Source: Chloroflexota bacterium (GTDB lineage: Bacteria > Chloroflexota > UBA11872 > VXOZ01). Taken from it: a stretch of DNA of 64,000 nt. The stretch lies in contig OZ219801.1 in assembly GCA_964291655.2 (NCBI GenBank), positions 64,001 to 128,000 on the forward strand. Reading direction: 5' to 3'. This document shows positions 1 to 9,162 of the stretch, piece after piece. Numbering within the stretch: position 1 is the first letter of the stretch; every line of letters starts with the position of its first letter. The notes beneath the pieces were generated by a model. That model made no database searches and was not told the origin of the DNA. It was given only the letters and a program-made list of their open reading frames with translations. Made by a program: the position numbers and the translations under genes.

Positions 1-546
1 ATCACCAATGCCGAGACGTTTGGCTTCAGGGTAGTAGCGAAATGCTCTGAGGGCTGCCGGCGGTTTGTCAGTGGCGAAGTCGTCACCGAGTGAATTATTG
101 ACGAAGGCTTGGACATTGACAAATAGATTGCGCTCCAGCCAATGCGGGAAGTTCATGTCCTGAATTAGCCCTACGTCAGGAGGCAGGCCCGCTGCAGCCG
201 ATGCCGCGATAGTCTCTTCGACGGGACGTTGGTAAAACTCCTGCCGCAGGCGAATGTGTGGAAGATCTGCCTCGAGTTGGCTCCGTACATTGAACCAGAG
301 TCGCCGTTCTGTCGGGTCATCCCATGTGAAAAGCCAGAGCTCCACCGGTTCTTTCGATACTGGGCTTGCTACCGGCGACGGGACGTCGCGTGCGACATCT
401 TCAATCGGCCCTGGACTGACGAGCGCCTGGGATACCTGCGGGGCAGATGGCTTGACAGACGCTTCATCCGGCGGTCCGCACGTTAATAGAAGCGCCGGCA
501 GGCCCAGAGATGCGGAAAGTAGGTGTCGACGGGTAAAGCGCGCCAT
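1..546 (-). CDS. Extracellular solute-binding lipoprotein (ABC transporter, family 1-like), N-terminal part; runs off the left edge of the window
   Basis: Not in the ORF track. Manual translation from ATG at 546 gives MARFTRRHLLSASLGLPALLLTCGPP...VELWLFTWDD...IAASAAAGLPPDVGLI..., open to position 1. It has a Tat-like RR, a lipobox-like Cys, a Pro-rich linker and the AG-x-PPD motif typical of sugar-binding proteins. Confidence 0.8.
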   Translation of the reverse strand, partial: MARFTRRHLLSASLGLPALLLTCGPPDEASVKPSAPQVSQALVSPGPIEDVARDVPSPVASPVSKEPVELWLFTWDDPTERRLWFNVRSQLEADLPHIRLRQEFYQRPVEETIAASAAAGLPPDVGLIQDMNFPHWLERNLFVNVQAFVNNSLGDDFATDKPPAALRAFRYYPEAKRLGIGD

Positions 547-923
547 GATCCCAAACTGACTGGATAGACAGACGGCAAGTTACTGCGGAATGAGCGGGGA
601 AGCGGAGATCTCTCTCCTATAGCTTACCACGACAGGAGAGTTCAGGAACTTGATTGTCGAACTATCAGCCTATGGCCCTCTAGGACACCTGTACCCAAAA
701 TGAAGTCGTTTTCCCAGTCTTGGCTAGCACGATGACGGATCTGATACACATCGATAAAAGATGATCGAGCCATCGCCTACGTTAACGTAAAAGTAAGCAG
801 CGACGCGAGCACGGCTAGCCACTAAGTGCGGCAAGCGTCAAGCGCGTAGAGTGGTCAACTCTTCACCTAAAAGGAGACCTTTGAATAACCCCACTTTCAG
901 CGTGGGACACTCCCTCTCCTGGG

Positions 924-2567
924 GAGGGTGTCTCAAAAATAGATCTACTGGATATATACTGGTGTGAAGAGAAGCAAGGTGAGGTGGTGGGATAGTTTGT
1001 AGAGAGGTAGTGACGATGCCGTTGAGACCGTTTAGTCGTGAACAGGCCTGGCTGTTGCCGCCGACGCTGGACGAACTGATCCCGGACGACCATCCTGTCA
1101 GGTTTGCGGCAGCGTTCGTGGACAGCCTCGATGCTGCGGCCTGGGAGGCGATGGAGATTGACCTGCAAGGCGATCCGCGTGGCGCCGGGGCCTACCATCC
1201 GCGCGCGCTGCTGGGCGTATGGGTCTACGGCTTCATGACCGGCGTGCGCTCGAGCCGCAAGCTGGAGGCAGCCTGCCGGGATCAGGTACCGTACCTGTGG
1301 CTGGTGGGGATGCAGCAGCCGGACCACAACACGCTGTGGCGCTTCTACAAGGCGCACCGCGACCGGATGCGGATGCTGCTCAAGCGCACGGTGCGCACGG
1401 CGGTGCGAGCCGGCCTGGTGGAGTTGGCAATCCAGGCGGTGGACGGCACCAGGATCGCGGCCAACGCCGGGACGCGGCATACCCACGACGCGCAGGGGCT
1501 GCAGCGGCTGTTGTCCCGCACCGAGCAAGCGATCGCGGACCTGGAGGCGCAGAACGCCACGGGGGGCGACGCGCCGCCAGCGACTTTGCCGCAGGAACTT
1601 GCCGATGCCCAGGCCCTGCGGCGGCGGGTGGACGACGCGCTCGCCCGCGTCGCGGCTGAGGACGGGCCGCGCTACACGAACCTGACTGATGCGGACGCGG
1701 CCCTGCTCAAGACTGGCATGGGTGGCTTCATCACCGGCTACAACGCCCAGGCGCTGGTCTCCCCTCTTGCGTCCCCGGACGAGGGCGCAGGGGGGAGGTT
1801 GATCACAGCCGTGGACGTGAGCGCCAGTGCCGACGACCATCCCCACCTGGCGCCGCTGATCGAGGCGGCGCAGGAGAACATCGACGCCGCGCGGGACGTG
1901 GTGACCGTTGCGGACGCCGGCTACCATTCGGGGGCCAACCTCGCCACGTGCCACGCCGGCGGCCACACGGTATTGATGCCCACGACCCACGAGCGCAGAC
2001 GCCGCAACCCCTACCATAAAGACCACTTCACCTACCGTCCAGAGACCGACACCTACCTGTGTCCCCAGCAAAAGGTGCTCACCTACACGCACCGCTTGAC
2101 CCACAGCAACGGCTACCGGGTCAAGCGGTACCAAGCCAACGGCCGGGACTGCAGAACCTGTCCGGCCTTCGGCGTCTGCACCTCCTCCCAGAGGGGCCGC
2201 TCCATAAAGATCAGCGCCTACGAGCCAATACTGCAACGGCACAGGCAGTTGATGGCCACCGCGCCTGCCAAGCAGGTGTACCGCCGCCGGAGTACCATCG
2301 TCGAGCCGGTCTTTGGCCTGCTCAAGGAGTGGCACAGTGCCAGGCGCTTCCTGCTCAGAGGCCGCAGCCACGTGACGTCCGAATGGCACCTGCTGGCCAC
2401 CGCGTTCAATCTCAAGAGCCTCCACGCCCTGTGGCGGTCTGGGTGTAGTCCAGCGTCGCCCCGGGGACGAGTCTCTCACTGGCACCGTCTTGTTCATACC
2501 ACCCGCCATCTGTCTGTCCTTCTCACCCCATTCACCGTGCCCCGCACCAAAATATTGAGACAGCCTC
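924..2567 (+). mobile_element. IS1182-family insertion sequence
   Basis: Imperfect inverted repeats GAGGGTGTCTCAAAAAT (924-940) and AATATTGAGACAGCCTC (2551-2567) bracket the transposase. Flanks are TGGG and CGGG, a near 4-bp duplication. Confidence 0.85.
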
Positions 2568-2665
2568 CGGGGGAGAGGGTTGGGGTGAGGGGGTCCTTTG
2601 CTACAATGGCCCTTTACGTTGGGCAGTGTCAAGACGTATCAGGGCAGATTCAGTGTGTACATTGA
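1016..2665 (+). CDS. IS1182-family DDE transposase
   Basis: N-terminal LLPPTLDELIPDDHPVR / GAGAYHPRALL / SSRKLE / PDHNTL (DUF772-type). DDE-region motifs AVDGT, TDADA, GYNAQ, ADAGY, a C-x2-C zinc ribbon and RRRSTIVEPVFG. The ORF runs past the right inverted repeat. Confidence 0.93.
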   Translation: MPLRPFSREQAWLLPPTLDELIPDDHPVRFAAAFVDSLDAAAWEAMEIDLQGDPRGAGAYHPRALLGVWVYGFMTGVRSSRKLEAACRDQVPYLWLVGMQQPDHNTLWRFYKAHRDRMRMLLKRTVRTAVRAGLVELAIQAVDGTRIAANAGTRHTHDAQGLQRLLSRTEQAIADLEAQNATGGDAPPATLPQELADAQALRRRVDDALARVAAEDGPRYTNLTDADAALLKTGMGGFITGYNAQALVSPLASPDEGAGGRLITAVDVSASADDHPHLAPLIEAAQENIDAARDVVTVADAGYHSGANLATCHAGGHTVLMPTTHERRRRNPYHKDHFTYRPETDTYLCPQQKVLTYTHRLTHSNGYRVKRYQANGRDCRTCPAFGVCTSSQRGRSIKISAYEPILQRHRQLMATAPAKQVYRRRSTIVEPVFGLLKEWHSARRFLLRGRSHVTSEWHLLATAFNLKSLHALWRSGCSPASPRGRVSHWHRLVHTTRHLSVLLTPFTVPRTKILRQPPGERVGVRGSFATMALYVGQCQDVSGQIQCVH

Positions 2666-2683
2666 GAGATTTCAGGAAATTCA

Positions 2684-2760
2684 CCCTCACCCCCGTATCG
2701 TGTCGGTACGCTGTATCGAGGACGGGGCAGGCTCTCGCCCTCTCCCGTCGAGGGAGAGGG
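2684..2760. repeat. REP-like palindromic element (CCCTCACCCC...CCCTCTCCC-N5-GGGAGAGGG family)
   Basis: Perfect 9-bp stem at 2738-2746/2752-2760. Inverted relative to the copy split by IS1182 (912-923 + 2568-2593). A further copy lies at 55071-55105. Confidence 0.75.
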
Positions 2761-2909
2761 AACGTTCTCGCTTCCGATTAGGTTTGGCAAAGGTCTCCTA
2801 CAAGAGAGGCAAACTGGTACGCCGTCTATTCCTAAAGCAAAGTTGAACGGGTTTTCAGTGTCAGCCAAGAAGTGGTTGATTGAGATTCAACTCACTTTGG
2901 ATGAGACTG

Positions 2910-5030
2910 CTACTGCCGTTGTGCCCACGATACAAGTTCAGCCTGCGCCTCAGTGCGACTAATCCGTGTCTGAATGTCCAGCCGCTTCCGCGCGTCCAGT
3001 CGCTTGAACATGAGAGCAGACGCGGCAAAGGTGGACTCACCTTCTTGCTGGGTAACGGCCTCACCCATTGCGTCAACCGGATTGAGGATACTGGCGGCAC
3101 GGGGAGCCAGCGTACCAATCAAGCTCGGCAAGTCGTAGTGGAGGAGCACACCGGGCAGGAAGCTACTCGCCGGAACCGTATACTGGCCTCCCTGCGTAAT
3201 GTGGCGATAGGAGGCGAGCGTCTCATATGTCGCGACCGCTTGAATACGCTCATCAAGTGCGGCGGCATGCAGCGCCACGAGCCCTCCGCCGCGTTGGCCG
3301 AGCATTGCGATACTCTCACTAACGACATCTTCTCTTGCAGCGATCTGATCGACGCAACGAATGGCATCGGCAACGCGTTGTGTCAGGGGCCATTCACCCA
3401 GGAAATACCCCATAAAGGCAAGTCGAGAGTCCGTGCCGAGCAAAGCAACGTCGCTGGCTGTATAGGACACCTGCGCATTCCACCGCGTCTCTCCCCACCC
3501 ACGTAGATCCATGGCAAAGACCATGCTGCCGGCCCGCGCCAGCGTGGCGGGAATGCCGTCTTCATGTGCTTCGGCATCCTTGCCAAGGTCATGTGCATAG
3601 ACAATCACAGGATGCGGGCCATCTCCTGGGGGATGAAAGACCAGGCCGGGAATGGGAAGGTCGACCTCACTCTCGAAGTACACCTCTTCGACATGTAGCC
3701 CGCCGACATTGCGGGAGCCTACCGTCTGCATGGCCCCTGCGGCAGATTGCTTCCGATAGTCGAGGACCGCACGTGCCGCTGTGCGAATTTCGTCCTGGAA
3801 TCGTTCGGCATGCTTCTGCTTATTCAACTCAGGAATCGCCGGCGCGAGATCTTGCACGCGCTGCTCGTTCAGTGTAACGACCGTTTCGCTCCGGTCGGTT
3901 AGAAGCACCTGACCCGACGGAGTGCACCAGAGAGTTTCAGGTGTTTCAACCGTGAATGGGTCTTCCGTGACCGGCCCCGGCTCGTCCTTGAGCCAGCGAT
4001 TGAACCACGCGTACATGGCCTCGCGCATTGGCTGGTTATAGTCGTGATGGGCCGGCGCCTCCACCATGTTTGCCCGCTCGGAAACTCCTAGCGCGGTATA
4101 GCAGTCGAGCACATCGGCGTAAACGTCGCGCGCACCGATGAGGGGGAAGAAATCGTAGATGGTCGACGTGATCTGCATTGGCAGCGGCGCGCGGCACATC
4201 AGCAAGTCCGCCATGTCCATGTCATTTGGATAGCTGCCGACCGGGTCTTGGCACGGATCGCCAATCTGCCCTTTTGAGTGCATCCGCTCGTACGAGGCGG
4301 TCGAGCACACGGGTACCGCCGCCTTGATACGGTCGTCAAACGCAGTAAGGAACATGGTGTACGTACCGCCGCCGGACGCGCCGGTACAGCCGATGCGGCT
4401 TGAGTCCACATCCGTGCGCATCTCCAAGTAATCAAGCATCCGCACACCGTCCCAGACCATGTGCGTGATCACCGATTGGCCGACCAGCCAGCAGGGGAGG
4501 CAAGCTCCCGCATGCTGTTCTGTACTGCTCTCCATCGGGTTGGTATTTGTAGCCGTATCCCAGTGCTGGCTGCGCTCGCCCTGTCCGATTGGATCATAGA
4601 CGAGTGCAACGTAGCCGTGCCGGGCGAGTCCGATTCCTCTCGCCTGCACAACATTCTCACCCTTGCCGTCGGCCCAGTGTCCCAGGGGATTGAGCACAGC
4701 CGGCAGTGGCTCGGTGATCTCAGGCGGCCGGTAGAGGTTAACCGTAACCGGAAAGCCGGGCTGGCTCTCGATGAGCAGTTTTTCCACTACGTAGCCGTCA
4801 CGCTCGAGGACTCCTACCAGTTGCGGATTGAGCGGCGTGCGCTCAGGAAACTCGCCTAGCGAGAGCCGAAAGTTCTCGCGCACAGCTTGCATATGGGCTT
4901 GCCAGTCCTCTGCCGTCTTGAAGGAGCGCAGCTTGCGCTTGCGCCGCCAGTAGTGTTCGCGCGCTTGCCGCAAGAGATAGCCGAAATAGGCCTCATCGGC
5001 CCCACTGACGCGTCCACTCAATACCGCCAT
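2910..5030 (-). CDS. Two-domain alpha/beta hydrolase (acetyl xylan esterase / glucuronoyl esterase-like)
   Basis: 706 aa. The first domain has the GASGGG nucleophile motif and HHDY. The second, homologous domain has GQRGGG with no Ser. Confidence 0.85.
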   Translation of the reverse strand: MAVLSGRVSGADEAYFGYLLRQAREHYWRRKRKLRSFKTAEDWQAHMQAVRENFRLSLGEFPERTPLNPQLVGVLERDGYVVEKLLIESQPGFPVTVNLYRPPEITEPLPAVLNPLGHWADGKGENVVQARGIGLARHGYVALVYDPIGQGERSQHWDTATNTNPMESSTEQHAGACLPCWLVGQSVITHMVWDGVRMLDYLEMRTDVDSSRIGCTGASGGGTYTMFLTAFDDRIKAAVPVCSTASYERMHSKGQIGDPCQDPVGSYPNDMDMADLLMCRAPLPMQITSTIYDFFPLIGARDVYADVLDCYTALGVSERANMVEAPAHHDYNQPMREAMYAWFNRWLKDEPGPVTEDPFTVETPETLWCTPSGQVLLTDRSETVVTLNEQRVQDLAPAIPELNKQKHAERFQDEIRTAARAVLDYRKQSAAGAMQTVGSRNVGGLHVEEVYFESEVDLPIPGLVFHPPGDGPHPVIVYAHDLGKDAEAHEDGIPATLARAGSMVFAMDLRGWGETRWNAQVSYTASDVALLGTDSRLAFMGYFLGEWPLTQRVADAIRCVDQIAAREDVVSESIAMLGQRGGGLVALHAAALDERIQAVATYETLASYRHITQGGQYTVPASSFLPGVLLHYDLPSLIGTLAPRAASILNPVDAMGEAVTQQEGESTFAASALMFKRLDARKRLDIQTRISRTEAQAELVSWAQRQ

Positions 5031-5203
5031 CAGGTTACTCCTTACGAAGTCTTGCGACCGTGACTTTTACTAATAGGCTCAGCGTTCCTCCAGCCAACCG
5101 GGTACGCACAATGATAGAGACACGCGATCTCCACACCATGTCGTGCACTGAGAATACAACGGCTTGGTCACACAGAGCAATGTGTGATAGTATTCGTCCC
5201 GTC

Positions 5204-6466
5204 ATGACGAGACCACTCCCCGCCGACATTCGCGCCTTTCTTGAGCAAGAGTCCACCGCAATTGCGGACTGGCTCTTTTCCCTCTGTGCCCTTGAGAGCA
5301 AACTCGGCAACGAAGCTGCAACGCGCGCCGAGGTGATGAGGGCCTTTCAAGGCCTTGGTCTGACCATTGAGGAAGTGCCTTATCCGCAGGATATTACCGC
5401 GAATCCCCATCATGTCCCGGTGCCGGAACTCGAACAGTTCCCGGACCACGTGCGCGCTAACATACTCGCCACGCGAGCCGGCAGCGGCGGCGGGCGCAGC
5501 CTCATTCTGCAGACCCATCTTGACGTCGTGCCGGAAAGCGAAGGGCAGCGTTATGAACGCATCCTAGACCCGGAGCGCGGAGAGATAATCTACGCCCGCG
5601 GCAGCAACGACGCCAAAGGACAAGCAGCTGCATTGTTACTTGCCATGCGCGCTCTGGCGCACTTCGATGTCCCGCTTGCCGGCGATCTGGCTCTGCAATT
5701 GGTCACAGAGGAAGAAGTAGGCGGCAACGGCGCGCTGGCTTTCATTCATGCGGGACACCGCGCTGATGGCGTGGTAGTCATGGAACCTTCTCTTGCGCAA
5801 ATCCATCCTGCGAATCGCGGTGCGCTCTGGTTCCAAATTGGGATTGAGGGCGTCAGCATGCACATGGGGCGCATGCACGAAGGGGTCAGTGCCATCGATA
5901 AGGGCATCGCTCTAATCGCCAGCTTCAAAGAGTACGAAAAAGAGTTTGTTGCAATGAGTAAAGGGTATCGTGGATTCGAGCGCTACGATCACCCTGTGCA
6001 ATTGAATGTCGGCATGTTCCAAGGCGGTCATTGGCCCAGTGCAGTCGCTGGTGAAGCCTTGATCGAAGGCGGCGTGGGGTTCTTGCCAAATAAGGCCATG
6101 GATGACGTGCGGGCAGACTTGGAGCGCATAGTTGCCACACATCCTGATGAATGGATCAGGAATCACACATCCATATCGTTCGACAAACTGCGCAATGATT
6201 CATTTGAGATTGACTACGATCATCCTTTACCCACCACGCTTCACGCCTCGGCGCGGCAAGCCGGGATGGAAAGTGAAGTTTTCGGCTGGAACGTCTCCTG
6301 CGATGCGCGGCTCTACGCTCGGGTCGGGGGCCTTCCCGTAGTCGTATTCGGTCCTGGCGACCTGGCAACCGCCCACGGTCCCCACGAGCACTTCGCCGTA
6401 GCGGACATGGTTGATGCCGCCTGCGCTCTCACACACTTCGTGCAAGAGTGGTGCGGCGTGCGCTAG
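5204..6466 (+). CDS. M20/ArgE-DapE family metallo-deacylase
   Basis: Motifs HLDVV, ARGSNDAKG, EEEVGG, MEP and AHGPHE. The start is uncertain; the ORF is open from 5060. Confidence 0.88.
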   Translation: MTRPLPADIRAFLEQESTAIADWLFSLCALESKLGNEAATRAEVMRAFQGLGLTIEEVPYPQDITANPHHVPVPELEQFPDHVRANILATRAGSGGGRSLILQTHLDVVPESEGQRYERILDPERGEIIYARGSNDAKGQAAALLLAMRALAHFDVPLAGDLALQLVTEEEVGGNGALAFIHAGHRADGVVVMEPSLAQIHPANRGALWFQIGIEGVSMHMGRMHEGVSAIDKGIALIASFKEYEKEFVAMSKGYRGFERYDHPVQLNVGMFQGGHWPSAVAGEALIEGGVGFLPNKAMDDVRADLERIVATHPDEWIRNHTSISFDKLRNDSFEIDYDHPLPTTLHASARQAGMESEVFGWNVSCDARLYARVGGLPVVVFGPGDLATAHGPHEHFAVADMVDAACALTHFVQEWCGVR

Positions 6467-6516
6467 GGAGTGCTCTTCCCAGCCGGTAATGCTGAGTTTC
6501 TTCCAGTGAGAGAGTG

Positions 6517-7161
6517 ATGTCCGCCATGCAGCAAAGTAGCGATGACAGCCGCAGAATCTGGGAGGCCCTGGCCTTCATTCTCCATCGTGTGTACGAACCG
6601 CTGGAAGACGAAGCTGCGGATTGGGCCATTATTGGCAGCGCAGCCTCGGCACTGCAGGATATCGCGGTCAGTCCGGGCGAATTGCGCATACTCACCGAGC
6701 CCAATGCACTCGAAATTTGGTCGGGTCACTTATGGGATTGGCTGGACGGTGAACCGGGTAACGAAGACCCAGGCCATGCCAAGCTCACCCTCACAGTTGA
6801 GCACGCGCCAGTGACCGTCTTCGTGCGTGAGCCTCACGAAAACGAACAAGGTATACTGCTAGAGGGCGTGGGGGGAGCAATATGGGGCGTGGTGGGCCGA
6901 GTACGCTTTCAAAATTGGCTCGTGCCGGTCGCGCCGCTAGAAGTGCAGTTTGCCACAGCGGTTGGTCGGATGTTACGTAACCCTTCTCAGCACTCGTGGC
7001 AGCAACTGGCCGGCAAGATGGCGCAGGTACTCTATGCCAACGGGTACTACCGCGAACTCATTGAAGAAGCGCTCAACCCCTATGGCCCGCAGGCGGGCAA
7101 CGTAGCAATAGACCTGATCCAGGCGCATGCGGCGCCGCGTTCCAGCAAGACAATTCACTGA
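6517..7161 (+). CDS. Hypothetical protein with a degenerate nucleotidyltransferase-like N-terminus
   Basis: WAIIGSAASALQDIAVSPGELRIL resembles the hGS..L.G....P.DhDh motif of the Pol-beta-like superfamily, but the acidic pair is altered. Confidence 0.6.
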   Translation: MSAMQQSSDDSRRIWEALAFILHRVYEPLEDEAADWAIIGSAASALQDIAVSPGELRILTEPNALEIWSGHLWDWLDGEPGNEDPGHAKLTLTVEHAPVTVFVREPHENEQGILLEGVGGAIWGVVGRVRFQNWLVPVAPLEVQFATAVGRMLRNPSQHSWQQLAGKMAQVLYANGYYRELIEEALNPYGPQAGNVAIDLIQAHAAPRSSKTIH

Positions 7162-7298
7162 GGACGAGGCTGCAGGAGTATTGGATACAACGCTTGCTGT
7201 GAAGTCTTGGTGAGCAGTAAAACCCTGCAGCGCACGAGCGCATTGAAATCTATTGACAGTAATCGGGCCGTTGTTGAGGAGTAGAAGGAAGCAATCTC

Positions 7299-8381
7299 AT
7301 GGCAGATGCTATTCGCATTGGCGTAATTGGCACCGGAGTCTTCGGAATCAGTCACCTGCGGGTCTTCAAGCAGGCGCAAAACGAGGGCCGCACCGTGCTG
7401 GTGGCGGCCTGCTCGTCCGGGCGGGATCCGGCGCGGGACCAGGAGCGCAAAGATGAATTCGGCATCCCAATCTACACCGACTGGCGAGAGATGCTCGACA
7501 AGGAATCGCTCGACGCCGTTACCATCGTCACGCCGGACCACCTCCACCGCGAAATGACCATCGAGGCAGCCAATCGAGGGCTGCACGTCCTAGTTGAGAA
7601 ACCGCTGGACGTGACCAGCGCCGGCTGCCAGGCAATCGTGGATGCTTGCAAAGACAACAATGTCTTCCTCCAGGTTGACTTTCATAAACGCTACGATCCT
7701 TATCATCTAGCCCTTGAGCGGCAGTGCAACGACGGTACACTGGGCGAGGTGCTCTACGGCTACGTGCATATGGAAGACAAGATCGTCGTGCCCCGCGATT
7801 GGTTTCCCCATTGGGCCGGCTCGACAAGTCCCGCGTGGTTTCTCGGCGTGCACTTCTACGACCTTGTGCGCTGGTGCATCAAGAAGGAAGCAACAAGAGT
7901 CTATGCAACCGGCCAGAAGAGGAAACTCGCGGCAGCCAACATCGATACCTACGATGCTATTCAAGCAAAGGTTGAATTCGAGGGCGGCACAAGTGTTTTC
8001 TTCGATAACGGGTGGGTGCTCCCTGACACATTTGAAGCCATTGTAAATCAGTCCATCCGCCTGGTTGGCACGGAAGGCTTTGCCGAAGTAGACAGCCAGA
8101 ACCGCGGCATGGAAGCCGCAAGCTACAAGGACGGCATGCGCACGTATAACGAGGCGTTCATGCGCGAAGAGGAAGATAAGCACGGGCAGGTTGTCTACCG
8201 TGGCTATGGGTATGAGAGCATTCTGGACTTCGTCGACAATCTCGATTTCTTGCGAGAAGGTGGCACGATCGACCAGTTGGAAGGACGCTATCCGAGTGGC
8301 GAGGATGCGCTCGAAGTCACGCGGATCGCCGAGGCAGTCCACCAGAGCATCGATAGCGGATCGATCGTCACGCTGAGGTGA
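7299..8381 (+). CDS. Gfo/Idh/MocA family oxidoreductase
   Basis: IGVIGTGVFG Rossmann motif, TPDHLH, VEKP, HFYD. Confidence 0.92.
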   Translation: MADAIRIGVIGTGVFGISHLRVFKQAQNEGRTVLVAACSSGRDPARDQERKDEFGIPIYTDWREMLDKESLDAVTIVTPDHLHREMTIEAANRGLHVLVEKPLDVTSAGCQAIVDACKDNNVFLQVDFHKRYDPYHLALERQCNDGTLGEVLYGYVHMEDKIVVPRDWFPHWAGSTSPAWFLGVHFYDLVRWCIKKEATRVYATGQKRKLAAANIDTYDAIQAKVEFEGGTSVFFDNGWVLPDTFEAIVNQSIRLVGTEGFAEVDSQNRGMEAASYKDGMRTYNEAFMREEEDKHGQVVYRGYGYESILDFVDNLDFLREGGTIDQLEGRYPSGEDALEVTRIAEAVHQSIDSGSIVTLR

Positions 8382-8392
8382 AATAGCGGACT

Positions 8393-8962
8393 ATGGAGCA
8401 GCTCTTCCCCGGCTTCTACTGTTGGCAGGCGCAGTATCGTCCCGGCCGGGAGGCCTACAGTGCTTGGGTTGAAGGCGAGAACGAAAACGTGCTCATTGAC
8501 CCTTTCACGCCGGAAGAGGGTCTCAGCCGGTTCAGTCATCCGAGCAAAGCTATAATTGTGCTGCTGACGACCGCCAACCACGAGCGCGACGCCTACTCAA
8601 TCAAACTCGGCCTGCGTGCTGAGATATGGGCGCCGGAAGCGGCACTGCACGAGATGGATATGATGCCCGATCGGGTTTACAGCGGCGACGAGGATCTCCC
8701 ATGCGGCATCCAGGCGCTTCACCTCGAGGGCTCACACTCCGACGGAGAGACTGCTCTGCTTGTCCCGCGCGGCCCGGGCGTGCTCGTGATTGGTGATGGA
8801 TTGGTCGCGCATCCCAACGCCCCGTGGCGCGTATTCGTGCCCCACGAGCGTGCCGCCCTGCAGCCACTCAAGGACTTGGCGTTCGACGCAATCGTTACGT
8901 CCCACGGCGCGCCGGTGCTGTCCGACGCGAAAGCGGGCTTGTGCGCATTCTTGGAGGCGTAG
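8393..8962 (+). CDS. Metallo-beta-lactamase-fold protein (divergent)
   Basis: VLIDP, TANHERD, HSDGE, IGD and SHG motifs in MBL order. Confidence 0.75.
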   Translation: MEQLFPGFYCWQAQYRPGREAYSAWVEGENENVLIDPFTPEEGLSRFSHPSKAIIVLLTTANHERDAYSIKLGLRAEIWAPEAALHEMDMMPDRVYSGDEDLPCGIQALHLEGSHSDGETALLVPRGPGVLVIGDGLVAHPNAPWRVFVPHERAALQPLKDLAFDAIVTSHGAPVLSDAKAGLCAFLEA

Positions 8963-9008
8963 CACGAATGGCGTGGCGCGAAGAGCTGCGTTTGGGAAGA
9001 AACGCGTT

Positions 9009-9054
9009 ACTAGACCTAGCTAAACTAGGTCAAGTTCGCTAATTTTGCTATAAT
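9009..9054 (+). promoter_or_regulatory. Extended -10 promoter with an upstream inverted repeat (candidate operator)
   Basis: TGcTATAAT at 9046-9054. GACCTAG-N5-CTAGGTC at 9013-9031 overlaps the -35 region. Confidence 0.6.
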
Positions 9055-9162
9055 TTGATGACAAAGCTCTTGACACCATGATTTCACAGACCAATGGTTA
9101 CCCAAGTGGAGCGTTGCTGGCTTTGCTTGCGAACAGCAGATGACACCGTAAACCGGAGGAGA

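Larger units (their letters stand above)
874..2797. mobile_element. Probable MITE (~275 bp without the nested IS) with IS5/IS1106-like ends, interrupted by IS1182
   Basis: Terminal inverted repeats GAGACCTTTGAATAACC (874-890) and GGTTTGGCAAAGGTCTC (2781-2797) match at 14/17. The interior carries CCCTCTCC..GGAGAGGG palindromes. No clear target duplication. Confidence 0.5.

Noticed and set aside
863-2632. 589-aa ORF antisense to the transposase
   Set aside because: It is a shadow ORF of a GC-rich gene with no recognisable motifs. The + strand has all the IS1182 motifs.
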